NCBI GenBank assembly: GCA_965235115.1
Contig: OZ249436.1
Coordinates: 21,702,001 to 21,766,000, forward strand
Length of the DNA stretch: 64,000 nt
Direction: 5' to 3'
Source: Laetmonice hystrix
Lineage: Eukaryota
The stretch's first letter is position 1, and each line of letters opens with the position of its first letter. The position numbers and the translations under genes are program-made. The notes below the pieces were generated by a model that did no database searches, was not told where the DNA came from, and was given only the letters and a program-made list of their open reading frames with translations. Of the stretch, positions 1-15,300 are shown piece by piece.

Positions 1-302
1 GAAGGTGTATTTAACTATTTTTGATATCACTTCTGTTGGTCATATTATAGTTTCTTTACGAGTGGAAGTAGTCTCTTAACTCTTTTTCATCTATTTAGTG
101 ACCAGTTAGTACCTACTGTATACATTATTCTTTTCACAAAATTTACAGATCTATATATTTAGAACATTTACCTCATTCTATAGCAGATTTCTGTGTCTCC
201 TGCAATTTGAAATTGGCATACTTTTAAGATTATATGATGGTTTCAACATTGTATAATTTTGAAGAAGCATTCCCTCTAAGAAATCTTTGTTTGGTTGAGC
301 AG

Positions 303-3300
303 AATGCATAGAAGGTGCACCCTGGTTCAAGGATCACTATGTGAGTATCCATGCACCACTGGCCCCCAGCGTCTCACTTCAGTGGACATATAGAGATGGA
401 GTGGTGGTCAATCTACCCTGTGGATTCCTGGTTGAGGGAGACATCATCCTGCTACGGCCTGGCCAGGTTGTTCCCGCCAAATGTCGTACCCTTCAAGTAA
501 GTTTCTTCCCCAATCCTGTTTCTGAAGCAAAATTTTATAGCTGAAGGTGATTCCCCGTTGGTGAGATGGTCAAAGTTCATATTGGTTTTTGAAATCCCCA
601 AAGTCACACTCTATTCCAGGCATGAAATCATGAAAAGTGAGAGTAGAAAGAACAACGAAAATATCGAGGTTAAACACTTTTGTGTCCTTTATGGTTGTTG
701 AGTGGAAACGGCTTGACTAAAGAATTTTGTTACATCTCAGAAATCTAAACCATTTAAGTTCCCTGCATTCCATAAATTATAAGATCTCTGTTGGATTGGA
801 CTAGTGTACCAAATTGATCCTAGTTTATGATAGAGTAATGTTACAAAAGTTCAACCTTTAGGAGAGATGTAAGGAATTTTACTCAATGGGGTTTTTGAAA
901 GGACAGCACATTTTAGATAGAGGCTTTTGCAAAATGATAAGTAAAATGCAACAATTGATAATTATGATTCAATTGTAGACATAAAGGAGAATAAATCATT
1001 TGAGGGTTTTCAATCAAAATGTGCACGGTCTAGTACATTACACATCACGTCAGCCATGTTGAGGAGTTTCCCTGATTTTGCAGTGGTTCATGTCGTGTAT
1101 GCCTGAGTCAGTCTTGTAACATGTCTGTGATCTCCAATTTTGTTTTACTTACTCAACATAATGGAATGTAGACACATGTCCAGGTAGTACTGTATGATGA
1201 TACATTTATTCATTAAATATTCCTTGACCAAACATTTTTACTTCATTTAAGAGTAGTGTGGTCCTTTTTTTTAGATATTCGTTGCACAGTCATTAACCTC
1301 TTCATTATAGCGACCTTAGTAATCAAGTATTTGTAATGAGTCAAACAGAATGGTTTGCAGTTAGCCTAAGTGGCCACTTTATGGTTTAAAGAATCATTTC
1401 TCACATGACCTTTCTGAGTGGATCTCTGTTAGCCCTGACCCACATCCCCACGCAATATCAGCCTGTGACCAACACGTATCAGCATGGATGACCTTTGACC
1501 CACATCTGTGTCAGCATATGACATAATTATTCAATTTGCCCAGCATGTGAGCTAAAATCTTTAGGCCAACCAGCATGTAACCTAAGCCGAACCAGCGTGT
1601 AACCCACAAAGCAGGGGGAGATTTAGAACATGAGTCAGCAGGACTCCCAAGTTGGATGTATAAAAAAATTACCAATTACAGGCTGTGTTATGCAATCAAG
1701 ATGTGTGCAAATATCTGGGAGACAGTCGTACTCATAGGCAGGTGGCTACCTGGAGTCCGTCACGATTTTTAGGAGTCTCGGACTGACAGACTCCTGTCTA
1801 AATTAACACCTGAAGAGTATATATCAGACTTGCAGTACTGCTGTATCAGACTTGCCCTGCTCTCCATCATGTGATCTAGATTTGGCCCGACCCTCTAGCA
1901 TGTGACAGACCTGGTGTGTTTGACACATGAACAGCACACACAAAAATATATAAAAACTTTACTTGGTGTCTTTTATAATTCTATAAATTTACCTGCCAAT
2001 AATAATTGAAATAATCAGTAGACAGAAACATCCTGATGGATTAAACTGAATGCAACTTTTATCTGTTACTTTCGTTTTCACATTAGGCAAGAAATCTATT
2101 GTACTGCAAAGTAAATTCGGACAGCTGTGTCAGACAGGCAAATCGTGATAGAGTTCATTTTGATAGAGTAGGGTATCTAGAGTAAACTTTACAGCACAAA
2201 TACTAGGATTTTAAATTCGATTGTTCTGTTATTGGCTGACTTTTCATCACTGTGACAGAAATCATATGCATGGAGTTTAGTTTGCAAGCCACTGCTTCAT
2301 TTAGATATTTTAGGCAGAGATAAAAGTTGTTGGAGGTACTTTTCATTGTACATTACTGCTTCTCTGGCAAATTGAAGGTTGTAATTTCACGTACCATTAA
2401 TATTTCCCATATTTTATGCCAGTAAAACCTGAGAACTGTACATGTACTATCAATTTATTCTGTTGTTTGCATGGTTTTTAATCAGTGAACTAAATTTACA
2501 TGATGGTCAAAATTTCTGTGAAAACAAATTTATTGCATGACTTTTTGTAAGTCTGAACCTTTATCTATTTCTGTAAAAAGAAATTCTAGACTATGAATGT
2601 GAAAAGTTTGTCTGAATACATTGATAGTTCTGTCAAAGATAGTATTTTACCTTCCACACAGTATTTCCCCCAGCTGTTGGGTGATGCTGATATAAAAAGG
2701 TTGAATGCTGGTGACATCTTCAACCCAGAAATGTCTCGTGAATCAAGCACGGACATGTTCAGTCAGCCTCAAACCCGAGACCCACTAAAACCATGGCCAT
2801 TCATCATGCTAGAGACGCCATCTGTACAGAATCTGAAGTAAGTCCCATTCACCCTGTCTGTGGCTGATGATGATGTGTTGAAGTGGGTAATGTGATGTAT
2901 CCAGTCAAGAGTTAAGGGAATCGACCAATAAAGTAGATTTTAAGTTAAAATCGCCTCCGGCTGTATTGGTTCTATTTACTATAATTTATACCACAACAAT
3001 TGCACATGATGTAGAAAATGTCTCATACTCCCAATATCTCAATTTCTCCTAAAAGTATCAGTCACATTGTCTACCATCTTGGAACTTAATTGCGTGTGAT
3101 TTTCTAGCAAGAAATGACCCTCGGCATGAATATTTTTATACTGAGACTTTTTTCTATTGTAGAACTATGATTGCTCAAGGCCAAAAGCGCCCAGTCAGCG
3201 TACTCAACAATGAAAGATACATGGTATACTCAGTGTGGATAGAGCAAAGAATATTGCCTGCAATTTTTGTAAGTTATTATATGTAAGGCCTTTTGTACTC

Positions 3301-6300
3301 AGTAGGTAAGGAAAATGATAGCACTGAAATTGAAAATAGTGCTGCCGGTATTGTATTTATTTATTGTGAAACACAGAAATTGCTTCAAGAATTACAATAT
3401 CTAGAATGAAACTATAAAATTATCTGGTACATCGTCAGGATGTGGTTATGGAAATCTGGTTTAGGAATTTTGTCTTCTGAAGTTTTGCTTATTGTTAGGA
3501 GACATTGTTAGCCAGAATACAGTAACATTTCTTTCACAGCTCCTCATGCTGTTGACGAACGTCCTGCGATTCCTCCTCCTTCGAGATCATGTGGGCCACT
3601 GGACAGATATGTTTATAGTTTTACAGGTATTCTTTCAGATGTTGAAGACATTATATTGCGGTTCTTTTGACATACCGGTACTCCTAGGCCAATATCAATA
3701 CATTGACATCATATATATTCCCATATGTAAATTTCTGAGACTACACCTCTTGTCCCAGTGATTGACATTTTTTTCTGACTGTGTTAATTTTTAAGATGCT
3801 TTGTGCCATGAGATTGGAAATACACCCGTAACTGATTTTGAGTATGGCTCATTCATTTATTCCCATAAATGGTTGTTTTATGTAAGAGGGAAAAGAATTC
3901 ATTTATCTGTATGGAGAGAGGAAAATATGAAATTATGAAATATACCAGTACAACTGATACAAAGATAACTATTAATGATCTCAAAACTTTTAGGTAGAAA
4001 GTGTACTTCCCCTCACTGCACTGGTTCTGCCATTGATGTGGAAACTCTTGGATGCATATGGAGTTGCCAAGCTTATCATTGTCTTCAATAGATTCAAGGG
4101 AAAAGCTGGTCATGTCGAGGTAAGAATACACCATCAGGAATGTTGTACATTTGTCTAACGTTCAGTCAAGTCAGCAAGTGTGCTTTATTTTTATACATAA
4201 ATGTAAAGAATTCTGAATACTCTGCAACATGTATGAAAGTAAATTTGCAGTGAAGTAGGTGCTGTTCTGCTCATAAAATTAATGTCGGTTTCTAAGCTGG
4301 CAGGGTTTTCTGCAGGCCCTTTTTGGGGGGGAGACTCCCCCCATTATTCAGCTACTCCCCCCCCCCCCAAAAAAAAAAATTCCCAAGGGGAAATATTTTG
4401 CATTACTCTCTCCCCCCCCCCCCCAAAAGTCGAAATTCCCCAGGAAAGCCTTGCAGGGTTCATGAAATATTTGGATATTTAGTCATATCTTGAACATAAC
4501 GGCAACTTCTTGCCGTCCTGCAGTTAACCAACACCTGTACTTCAGCTGTTTTATGTAAAGACCTCTAACTTTCCTTCTTGTTCCTCTACTTTTTGCAGAT
4601 GACACACATGGCAGACTTTGCAAGTGTAGATAGTCTGAGTGGCCCAGCACCAGTGTTGTGGACTTGGCGAGAACTATGGTATACTTTTTATGAAGTTCTT
4701 AGTGGTAGAGCTGACACACTGTCAAGAACAAGCAATATGACTCATATGCTTGGCAATGTTACTGTGAGTATCTTACTGTTTGTATTTGAATTTTTAACTT
4801 TTTATCAGTATGCATGTATTCTAACTTGTTTACACTTTGAGTCTATTCTTTCTATTATTTTTAATAACAATTTGAACCATGGTAGGGTTGAAGTTTGAAG
4901 TTTCTACATTTGTACATCATTTTCCAGCTATTATACCAGTATGTATACCAAGACCTTGCTTTATAAACGTGACAATATCCTTTTAATAAACACAGCACCT
5001 TCTAAGTGACTCAAACTAAAGTCTTGTCATGGAACAAAGTCTCTCTCTCCCACTGAGTGATGATGAGGTTTGCTGTGTTGTCTTGCAGTCATTGTGTTGC
5101 GTGGACAAGAAGGGTATCCTCTCGTGGCCAAATCCCACAGCAGAAAAGGTCTTCTTCCTGCGTAACGACCTGGAGTCTCGTGACAAGCAATGGAGTTCGC
5201 AGTCAGCCCCTTCCCTTGATGTTGATAGTGGTAGTGTTCACATGGATTCCTTTGAGGATGATCTCAAGTCAGTTTCTACCAAGAATGTCAGGCCAGACCA
5301 TGGTAAGTAGCAGTCAAAATAAGATTTTTAAGTCCCATGCAGAGCAACTGAGAATTTACCAGTGACGAAAATTTGTAGCTTGACTAATGTCAGTGCAGCT
5401 TTAATAACGGCATATAATAGGTAGAACTGACCATGGTCGAAGGTGTTTATGAGACCACCATTCACGGCAAATTATGTAGCCTAACACCTATACAGGTGTT
5501 AATTCTCATGTTGGTGAGATGTCTTATTTGATTTTTTTAATACTTCTAGATCAATTTGTTTCAAAATATTTCTTGCAGATTTCCATCTGGAGACAAACTT
5601 TGAGGTCTTGGATCTGACACCAGATGCCAGGGTTAGCTTCTTGTTTTTACCTTTTGTAAATGGGTGGTGAATGCATAGAAGGTATACCTTTTCATCCAGG
5701 AAAAACTGAACATAGTGAGCTTTTTAAAAAAGTCACTTTTGTACTTCTAAAACCAGAGGAGTTTGTTAACATTTCAACAAATTAGAGAGTCTTTTTGAAA
5801 GAATTACTGCAGTTGGTTACAACCTTGTGAGTAGTAGGTCACGTTTTTTTGTCACTCGGTCATTGGAAGCCCACTTGCAAGTCATTGGTCCCATCTGACA
5901 GTGGTGCTCCTTCCTGTGGTCATCATGAGGGATTCTTATAACCTCATCTTTATTGTTAATTGTGTTTTTTCTCTTACAGAATGGATACAGCCTGCAGTTT
6001 GACGACCCCTCTTGGAAAAAATACTTGAGTTCACTGAAGCCTTTGGTAGGTCATGACATTTGACTTCTAAGCTCCTCTAGTATTGAAGACCAGTAGTTTC
6101 TACTACAAATGTATTGAGAACATTGCATACAGTTTAGTTTCATGTTGTTACGTTTTGCAGGGGCTGAACATCCTACTCAACACATGCAACCTGCAGACTC
6201 AGGAGAAATACACCCAGTTTGCTGATCATGTAACTTGTGCATCACTGAAACGAGAGGAGGCAGCACCTGTACTCAATCGAAGGTTAGTCAATCTTTGATC

Positions 6301-9300
6301 AAGGCATCAGGAAATCCTCCTTAGTTTGACCTTTTTTAAAGTAATAATCTATGGCTTGCATTTCCCAGCTATGCTTGTGCTTAAGTCTTTTAGTTCTAAG
6401 TAAACTGCTACGGATTTGTACGGTCAATAACAATATCCATTTGCTGGAATTCCAATTTCAAAGTGATAATTAATAAGCCAATCTATCACCAGTTGTCATA
6501 GAATGTACACATCAGCAGTAAATCATCGACCTGATGCACCTATTTCAGTCAGCTGAAGGAATACATGTTTGAACCATCTACCATGTACAGGCGGAGGTAA
6601 CAGTCAATATTGTAGCCCTTACAGTGTGGGAAGGGGGACCGGAACCCCCTCCATGAATTTGACATGGACAGAGTTTCCGTCCTGTCTGTTGCACAGTTCC
6701 TGAATGATATCATCTTCCTTGGAATACCTTTATACCTGCCCTTTTTCCACCTTAAAGTACTCTCCCATCATTAGCCCAAACCCACTTACATCCTATTCTG
6801 CCGTTACCCCACACTTTCTTGTCCTGTTTATCAAATTATGTTGCTGACATTGTTGGTTTTCATTTTTGATTGAAGTCGATGTTTAAGTTGAAAATATTTT
6901 AAATTAAAGCTGAAGATGATTTGTAGTTAAGATTTTAAATCAAGAGCTAAGCCTATTTAATGGCAGCAGCTGAGATTATGTGAAAAAAGCTTTTAGTCTT
7001 GAGACCGACGTTAGAAGGAATATTGACTTAATTTAATTTTCAGGTCCAAAGACTTTTTACGAGAGTAAACAAAGAACTTATTTAATCACACTAACTGATA
7101 GTAACAGGATATTGGAGGCAGCCTTGGTTTTATTTGAAATGGGAACTTTTAAGTTTCAGAAGACAACACAGTTTGGCAGTTTACATTATGTTTCAAAAAT
7201 TGAACTGAAAGATGAGAGGGATCAATAAATCAATAAATTATAGTCAAGTTACAGATCGAAATTTTCTAGAATGTCTCTTTTCCTCGATTCCAGATGTTTC
7301 TGTGAATTAGCTCGTCAGATTGGCTTCAGTGAACATGCCAGAAAAATCTTCAAACTTCAGCAGATTTTGGGCATGTACCGACACATTGTGAGTTTAACAC
7401 ACTTGTGATTTTGCAACATTGGTCAGTTGTTGAAGAGATTGTCCAAACTTCTTTGATCCCCGGTATGAATCCTCCCACAAATGTCAGGCCAAACCAGCTC
7501 AACCATGAGATTTCTACCAATTGTAGGCCACCTCAGCACATCTCTTCCGTGATGTATTATTTCGCAAGGGATTCAAACTATGATTTGATCAGAAAATGTT
7601 CATCCATTTTTCTCACAGCCATCCAAGACTATAGGCAAGAATCATGTGCTTCATAATACCAAGTCCTTCATCAAGTACAAGATGCCAATGCCAAACATGT
7701 TTTCTGTTGTTGTTAAGGAAACAAATACAGGTAAGCACTTCAACTGTATGGTACACCACTGACAATCAAAGTCAGGCACATGCTCATAACACCTACAGTA
7801 GGAATATGAAGTGTGACCACATTTCAAACAAACTCTACTAGATAAACCTAACAGTAACAGTCTTAGAATAGGAGTAAATGCTGAATAAATTCGTATTGAT
7901 GCGTTGCATGCTGAGGAAGACCTCATATGTAGGTTGAGGTGCTGCGGGCAGAGCATCTATTCAACCAGTTCTTCCCCATAACATGAAGTTTCAGCTGTTC
8001 TCTATGCCTCTGTCCATCATACTGTTAGCCATATCTTTCTTAACTGTACTCACGGTTGGCCACGTGTATCCCAAGCAACACTTGCCAGTAACTACACTGT
8101 AAGCCACATTTATCTATAGCTGCAGTTATTGTTAACCAAAGTTACTTTTAGCTGTGCTTACCTTTAGATTTTTTTCTACTGTGAATCATAAGTACCTGTT
8201 AGTGTTGCACTACTTCACTTGCCTCTAGGTGTTCTTTACTGGCGTAACACCTGGCCATAGCCTCCACTTTGAACTCTAGCTGCACGCACTAGGAGCTATA
8301 TTTACTTATAGAATGGCGTTGCCAAACATTTCATGATTAAATTAAGATACAGCATACGTATACCTTTTCCTAACTCCAGGCTGCAAGGGAAAATTAGAAG
8401 GTATTGTAGGTACCGGAGATGCCGAGTTAGACCTGCAAATTAGAAGATATTCTAAGTCTTAGACAGGATGATCCTCATGCACTCTTCTCATGTTTCAAAA
8501 TAATAGACTTTTATCAGGCTTTTTCCTATGTTTCCTGTGGGTAAGGGAAGCACCATCATCCAGTTTGATATTCTCAGTCACAGTGTCTCTCTGATGGGTT
8601 TCCATGTTTGATTGGAATATATTAATACGGTTAATGCAAATACAACTCAATACATTTGTATATTTGTTACCTTCATCTGACTTTTTCATTTCTATTTAGA
8701 GCACCTGGGGGTGTTTTACAATCACCATTGGTGTGTCAAGTGGAAAGATCTACATTCAAAATAGATTGGCTTTAACAATACCGGCACAACAAACTAACGA
8801 GAGACTGTGAATACCCCCTGCATTTTTTGTTGAAATGCATGTATTTACTGGATTTCTGTCGAAATCTGCATTATTTTCTGCCAATGGCAGAAGGAACATA
8901 CTTATTTAATGCTGGGAAAACTTCAAAGGAATGATCATCATGGAAAGTCATGACTTGGTAATTCATGAAAGATGTAGAAAAACGAAAATATATTTGAAAA
9001 GTCATATGTATTAGCCAAAAGTTGCAAAAGCTACCATCCAGTTAGATAATGTCATAATGGTTTTCAGCCTGAAGATGTATAAGTTATTGGTACATTTAAG
9101 GATGAATAAAAAATGCAATTAATAGCTTTGCTTTTTATCCTGAAAAGGTTAAGCTATGAGGGACGAGAAACACTAGTTACCACATTGATTTGGCACCCGA
9201 CTGTGACTTTCAAAGAAACACTTTAATATCAGCATTTACTGGGGTGTGGGTGCAGTCTGTTTATGCATGGATCTCTAGAAAATCATTAGACGAGAGACTC

Positions 9301-12300
9301 GGTTTAAAAAGGCTCTGTTCTATTATGTATCTTCTTGTGAACCTGCACGCAAAATTCTGCATGTTTAGCACTTTGGCAGAGAATATAACAAATATGGCTT
9401 AGCTAGAGCCTGTTCTCTGCCTGCCAAAAAGTTGCAGCAATACAGATACAGATAAACGGAAACCGTACTATATTCATGATTACCAGTTTGTATTTCACTT
9501 CTCCTTTGGGCATGAACTTTCTGGATTAGTGTCAAAACTGAAATTGCATGTTGACAGATCACAGTGTATCCTGGTATTTGAAATAAAGAGGATGACATTC
9601 TTGGTTAAGATCTTTTCCACTTTCACCTAAAATCACAAAATACACGGTAGGCTACATCTGAGTTGACACGTTCCCCAGAAAAAATCATTTACAACTTTAG
9701 TTACCGTAGAGGCAAGTTTGAGGTAATATTGTATTTAGAAGTTGGTGTTTACGTTTCAGGGATGTTGCAATTGATGTCACAGGGGACTGGTGACATGCTA
9801 CTTGACTCATGTAGTGACTACTGGGATGGTCATGACCTGTGTCCTCTCTCGGAGATAGACAGGTCTGTATCCAACTGGCTTCTTCTTCATCTTGGTGTAC
9901 CCTGGTTTACTGAAAGGCCCAGTCCAATGTAACATGCCGAACTTGTTGTGAATGGCTTGATACCTTAAATCATGATATAAATGTTTAAATGCAGATGTGA
10001 CATTGTATCGAGATACACTATGAATATTTGATATTACGGACAGTAGATTTGAACTTTCTTATTCCATAATGCAACTTATGAAATTAAAAGATTTAAAAAT
10101 TATGGCTGTGAACGTCCTTCTATTCTTAGTAATTGGGTTTGTTTTAACTTTTTTCTAAGAAAAAAGATTGCCGACTTCTACCACCGGAACAGTATGTCAT
10201 CCTACTGCACAGCTTTTAGTTACCGTCCGCTGACGCAGACTGTCAGCAATGAGTTCCATGATGTCTTCATTGAGATACCAGAGTTACATGAACACCTATA
10301 TCCTCAGGTGCACAGTCCAACCCCGACAAAGTAAGCACCAACCTTCCCAATAGGGTATGATTGGAAATTTCAAGGCATGGTAATACTGTCTTGGTATACT
10401 GTCACCATCACCTATGTCAAGCTTAAGTCTTTTTGTTGTTGAGGCCTATGATATTATCAGTTAATAAGCTTTATTTCAGTTGATTTGTTCCCAAATTCAT
10501 AATTCCAAACTAGAGTGTTTGATTTGGAGTTCAACGATGATTTATATGCTGTGTATTTGAATGCTCTGCTAAAATTAGGTCTGCTGAAGTGGACTAAAAA
10601 GCAGGTTTTTTTAAATTTTTTAAAATTGACCTAACAGTATGGGAAATATGAGCTGTTAGATAAGGTCTATTCAGTCAAAGTTTTTGGGACAGGTCGTGGG
10701 ACACTGAATCGCTGGACAGTCGGTTGCAGTCTGGAAAGTCCCGCTACCACTGCAGCATGGATTCGCTGCTGACCAACATGGACTCAAACTCCATCCACGA
10801 TGTGGATGGAGTATTCCGCATTCAGTCAAACCAAGTCTTCATTGGCATGATCACCATGCAATACCAGGCCAAACAGGTATCTGCTGGCCACTTTAAAATT
10901 GGAGGAACAAAATATATCATTGCCATTTTTTCATAGTTGTAGATATTTCAGTTCATTGAGAGATACATTTGAAATACGTAGATTGTTTTCTTTTTGACTT
11001 AATCTTGGAGAGTCTTCATTACCCTTTGTATTTATTAAATTGTAACACCATGTTCTTGATTTGAATGAACTGCTTCCATAGGCCAAAAAGCCTGACTTAG
11101 GTCCTGAATTCTTTGCAGGACGTTGTGCAGTTGATCGAGGACCTAGAATCGGCATGCATCCGCTTTGTACACTTTTCTACGGAAAATGAGTTACGCAGTC
11201 GTGTTTTCTCTGAGAAGATGGGCCTAGAAGCTGGCTGGAATTGCCACATTTCTTTGCTCAGTGAGACCCACATCGATCAGGAGACAAGTATACCTGCAGT
11301 GCAATCACACTCTGCCAAAACAGACAGCAGTGCCAAAAGTACCCATTTCTCCAGTCCCCATTCCCAGGACTCTCTAAGAGGACTCTCCCACGGAGAAAGG
11401 TCCCAGTGGTCTAACGATTCAGTACGCTGTCGGCGCGGGAGTGCACCTGGGGCAGTTAACCTTGAAATCACTCAGGTCAAGTTTGAGTCAGGGAGTCCTT
11501 CCATGGACTCAGCAGGAGGCAGTGAGAGTCTGCAGGAGGCTGTCAGAGGAAACCCAGAGCATCCTGACCTGGAGTGTGCTGGACACTCAGATACCACAGA
11601 GAGTCCTCCTTCAACCAAACTTCCAATCCAGGTGACAATCAAGAACCCAGGCAAGCCATGCCTGAGGCGGGACTCGGACGAACACTCAGAGGGCAAGATG
11701 ACTGACCCATTACTACGGAGGTCACAGAGTAAGGGGAGTTCTGGGAGGGAAATCAAGTTTGACCGGGGGTATGGGGGTCTGGAGGAGGCAGAAGTGGAGC
11801 TATTGGAGGTCAGGCCAGGGCAGGAGGAGGAACGGGAGGAGGGGGAGGAAACTGGAGGTGATGAGAACCTGTCCACCTCGGAAAGCTATCCTGCATCCAG
11901 TCACTTTACAGAGACAACTGATAGTGTTACAGGAGTCTTCTTACCTAACAGGGTGAGTAGACCAGTCTGAGAGGTGATGCCTATCTATGCCTTATACTTT
12001 GTGCAGTAGATCCTTGCTATATTCCCTTGCAAATCCTACTTTGTTGGAAAAGTCTTAATCAAGTACATGTAACCTTAAAAATAATTTCAAAATGATCAAG
12101 TTGGTTTGTGGTGCTAAAGAGTATTGATCACTCTTTTTTTTTGTTTTCAGGCCAATCTACCAAAAGGTATTGAGAATATCCGTCCACACATAGAAAATGT
12201 TGATAATGTGCCACTGCTGGTTCCATTATTCACAGACTGCACTCCAGGAAGTAAGTCAGCTTCAGCTTGTGGCTACAATGTGGCTTTTATTATTTAAACA

Positions 12301-15300
12301 CATTCTCAGTCTTCTTCCAGGGTTTTGACAGTTTTACAGAAACCTAACATGACAACTCCAGAGCAGAGGCAGATTGGAGGGGGGGGGGGGGGCATGCGGC
12401 GTACTGAGTTAAAACTGACTGCTGAAGATAGCTACCTTTCTTATCGTTCTTGTTTTATGTCGGATTAAATTGATAATCTTTGTGTTGAGCAGCAACTCGG
12501 GAGATGGTGTCAGTTCTGCAGGAGTACGGAGAGGTAGTCTGTTGTCTTGGCAGCTCAGCAAACATTCAAAATACTGGTATCTTCCTTCAGGCAGATTGCA
12601 GGTATGGGAAAAAAAATCTCCCTGTACATAGCCATGTTAGTAGTCACAGTCACAGTACTGGTGTCTGGTTCATGAGCCTTTATTAGTACTACGTATATGG
12701 ATTAACAATTATGTAACGAGTAGTTTCATCAATATGGTAATTTCAGTCATTTCTTGTTTTGTACATATAATGTAAACCAAAACCACCAATAAGCTGCTTT
12801 AAAATTTATACTTGTGCCTCCACCAGTACAGGGAATCTTTCCTTTGTATGAACCCATAAAGGGATCCAACAAATTCGATGTCTATTCAAGGCTGGTCTTA
12901 AATCTGTTGATTATGGAGCACACCCTAAATAGCTGATTTTTTAAAGAGAGCTGCTTGGTTTGCTTCAGCGTGGCCGTAGAGCCTCAGTACCCTGAGGTGT
13001 GTATGTGTGAGCCAGTAGTTGGCACTGACAGAGCACAGAGAACAACGCCCACGCCACTGGAGCTTCATTCCATCCTGCTCTCCATACCTTGTACACTTTC
13101 CTTCAACCGGGATGACACCATAAGTTTGGTTCAACTCATAGCTCAGGTCAATACTCATAGTTTTAAAAAAAACCCTGAAAATTTGAACAATTACTGCTGA
13201 GATGTTTTTCACTGGGTTACTGTTAGTCCATTTTAAACATTTCAATGCCAAGGCCACACTTTTTATTGTTTGTTTTACGTGCACCCTGCAGAGTTACCCA
13301 AAGTACGGAGGACAAAATAAAAGTAAAATTCCTCCCACTTTACTTTTTCCTCCAAACTTTTATGATAGTTACATTAACATGTCGGAGGGAAAAAAATCTG
13401 CACACTAACTTAAAACCCTCCATAGGGCCCCTGGGGCCTTAATATAGATTACCAGATAGGGCCTAGGCCTAGACGCTCCCTGGCCTAGGCCTAGAGTAGG
13501 CTAGGAAAAGAGACCAGGGAATAAAAAAAGTGATTTTTCCAATTTTATTTTTTTTTTACTTTTGCGTTTTTCAATGTCGGTGGGCCCGTAAACCAAACAG
13601 TAAGAAAAGTGTGACCTAAAGACAAATCTAAATGGTCATAACAGTGGCGTATCCAGAAATTGGTTAAGGTGGGAACTGGTGTTATGAATAATTTTTGTGC
13701 ATTGCTTTACTGAGGTTTCTGTTTGTATGTGCAGGCCCGTGACCACGTGCAGGGTGTGCGACACACATTCCTGCTCCTGCTCAACATGCAGCTGGGACTG
13801 GTCATGCTGCAGCTGCTCGCCTCCATATGTCTACTTCCACCAATCCTTGCTCCCCATCACATTGTGTGGCTGGCAGCCATTGCTGTCCCAGCCCTGGCAC
13901 TCACCATGAATGGCAATCCGCTTGACTCACAGATAATGAAAAAAGCCCTTGGCAAAAATATCCAGCATTTAACCCCCCAGGTAAGAGGTAACAGAGATAC
14001 CGTATAATATGTAACTCTAATTGGCTGACTCCAATAGAAGTCACCTTGTTCCTGGACGACATTCAGAAATTCAGGAAAAGTCACGTTTACCAATTGTAGC
14101 GTTATCTACCAAGATTATTTTGTTTCAAAAAGAGGAGTAAAGAGACAAGGTCCTCATCGATTATCATCTTTATATAAAATAAGGTTTCACTTTGTTGAGG
14201 TATTTTATCATACAATAAAAGTAATGAAGAGTGTGTTTGTTCTAAGAGAAGCTTAGCTGTGACGTAATTACATGGGCCCACTTGATATCAACAGAGTGGT
14301 CTTATTGTAAAGTCTGTCGTCGATTCTTGGTTTCTGGTAGGTGCCAGGATCAGGCAGGTTTGACGTGAGTCTGGTGTGATTTTAAGGGGGTTAGAGAGTA
14401 GAAAGTAAAGGTATCAAGCAGAGATAAGTAACAGAGAGAAAGAGCCCTTAGATGTGGAGGGGAAATATCTGGGAGACATAATGGAGATACATTGTAATGG
14501 AAAACATCAAGAAGAAATGAGAGGGAATCCCGAGAGAAAAAAAAATGAAGACAAGATACTGTTAAAAGTCTCCGCAGGGTAAGAAAATTGGCAGAAGTTT
14601 CTTCTTTTTTTTTGGAGGAGATCGAAAACAAAATACTATGATCAACTTGGCTGTAACTAGTAAATTTTTCTGCAACTTGCAACATACACATGCTGGACAT
14701 TTATTCATAAAGTATTGTACTTGATTACATAGATTGAAACTGGAAATAGATATAAATAGTTGGTTAAATTTTCTTCTCAAGGAATATCTATAACAGTTAT
14801 TGTGGGAAGAAAACAGATCCTTAATGTTATATCCTGTGGGCGCCATAGATAAGATGTCCACATATTTAGTTATAAGTCCCTTCCCCCATGTCACGTCCGA
14901 TAGAAATATATTTTGAAGTATGTCCATTTGTTGAAGGGCCCCCTCATAAATTTACTGCCTTCACATAGTCCTTGCAGTGTTATAACTGGTAAGCTGATGT
15001 AAGCTAGAAACAAAAATTTTGCATTTTAGTGCAGGCTGCCCCTCCGTGCCTAGCAGATGCTACAATTAACTATCATGTCTAATAAAGAGAGATCTTCCAT
15101 TGAGGTAGAGACCAGATACGTCACTGTTTGCTCATGTTGTTGCGGAAAAGGAAAACATATTTAGTGCCGTAAAAGTGGGTAGTGTCGAATACATGGAAAC
15201 ATGAAATAATACAGTGTTTTCTAGTTCTATATCCTGGTAAGTTCCATGTATGAGAGAGCACTGTATAGACTGACATGGTGAATGTGTTTTGTCAGGTGAT

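Noticed and set aside
9863..10159. U12 intron in TMEM94 (GTATCC near the donor, TTTTAAC near the acceptor)
   Set aside because: The in-frame donor is GTCTGT; the nearby GTATCCAA is out of frame and lacks the TT of the U12 consensus.
11472..11876. 134-aa antisense ORF
   Set aside because: Antisense shadow of the GC-richer TMEM94 exon; the same applies to 3853-4134, 34879-35466 and 54857-55189 opposite real exons.
14350..14927. Minus-strand ORFs as a nested gene or LINE remnant
   Set aside because: At most a faint resemblance to a decayed LINE tail; no RT or endonuclease motif could be identified.
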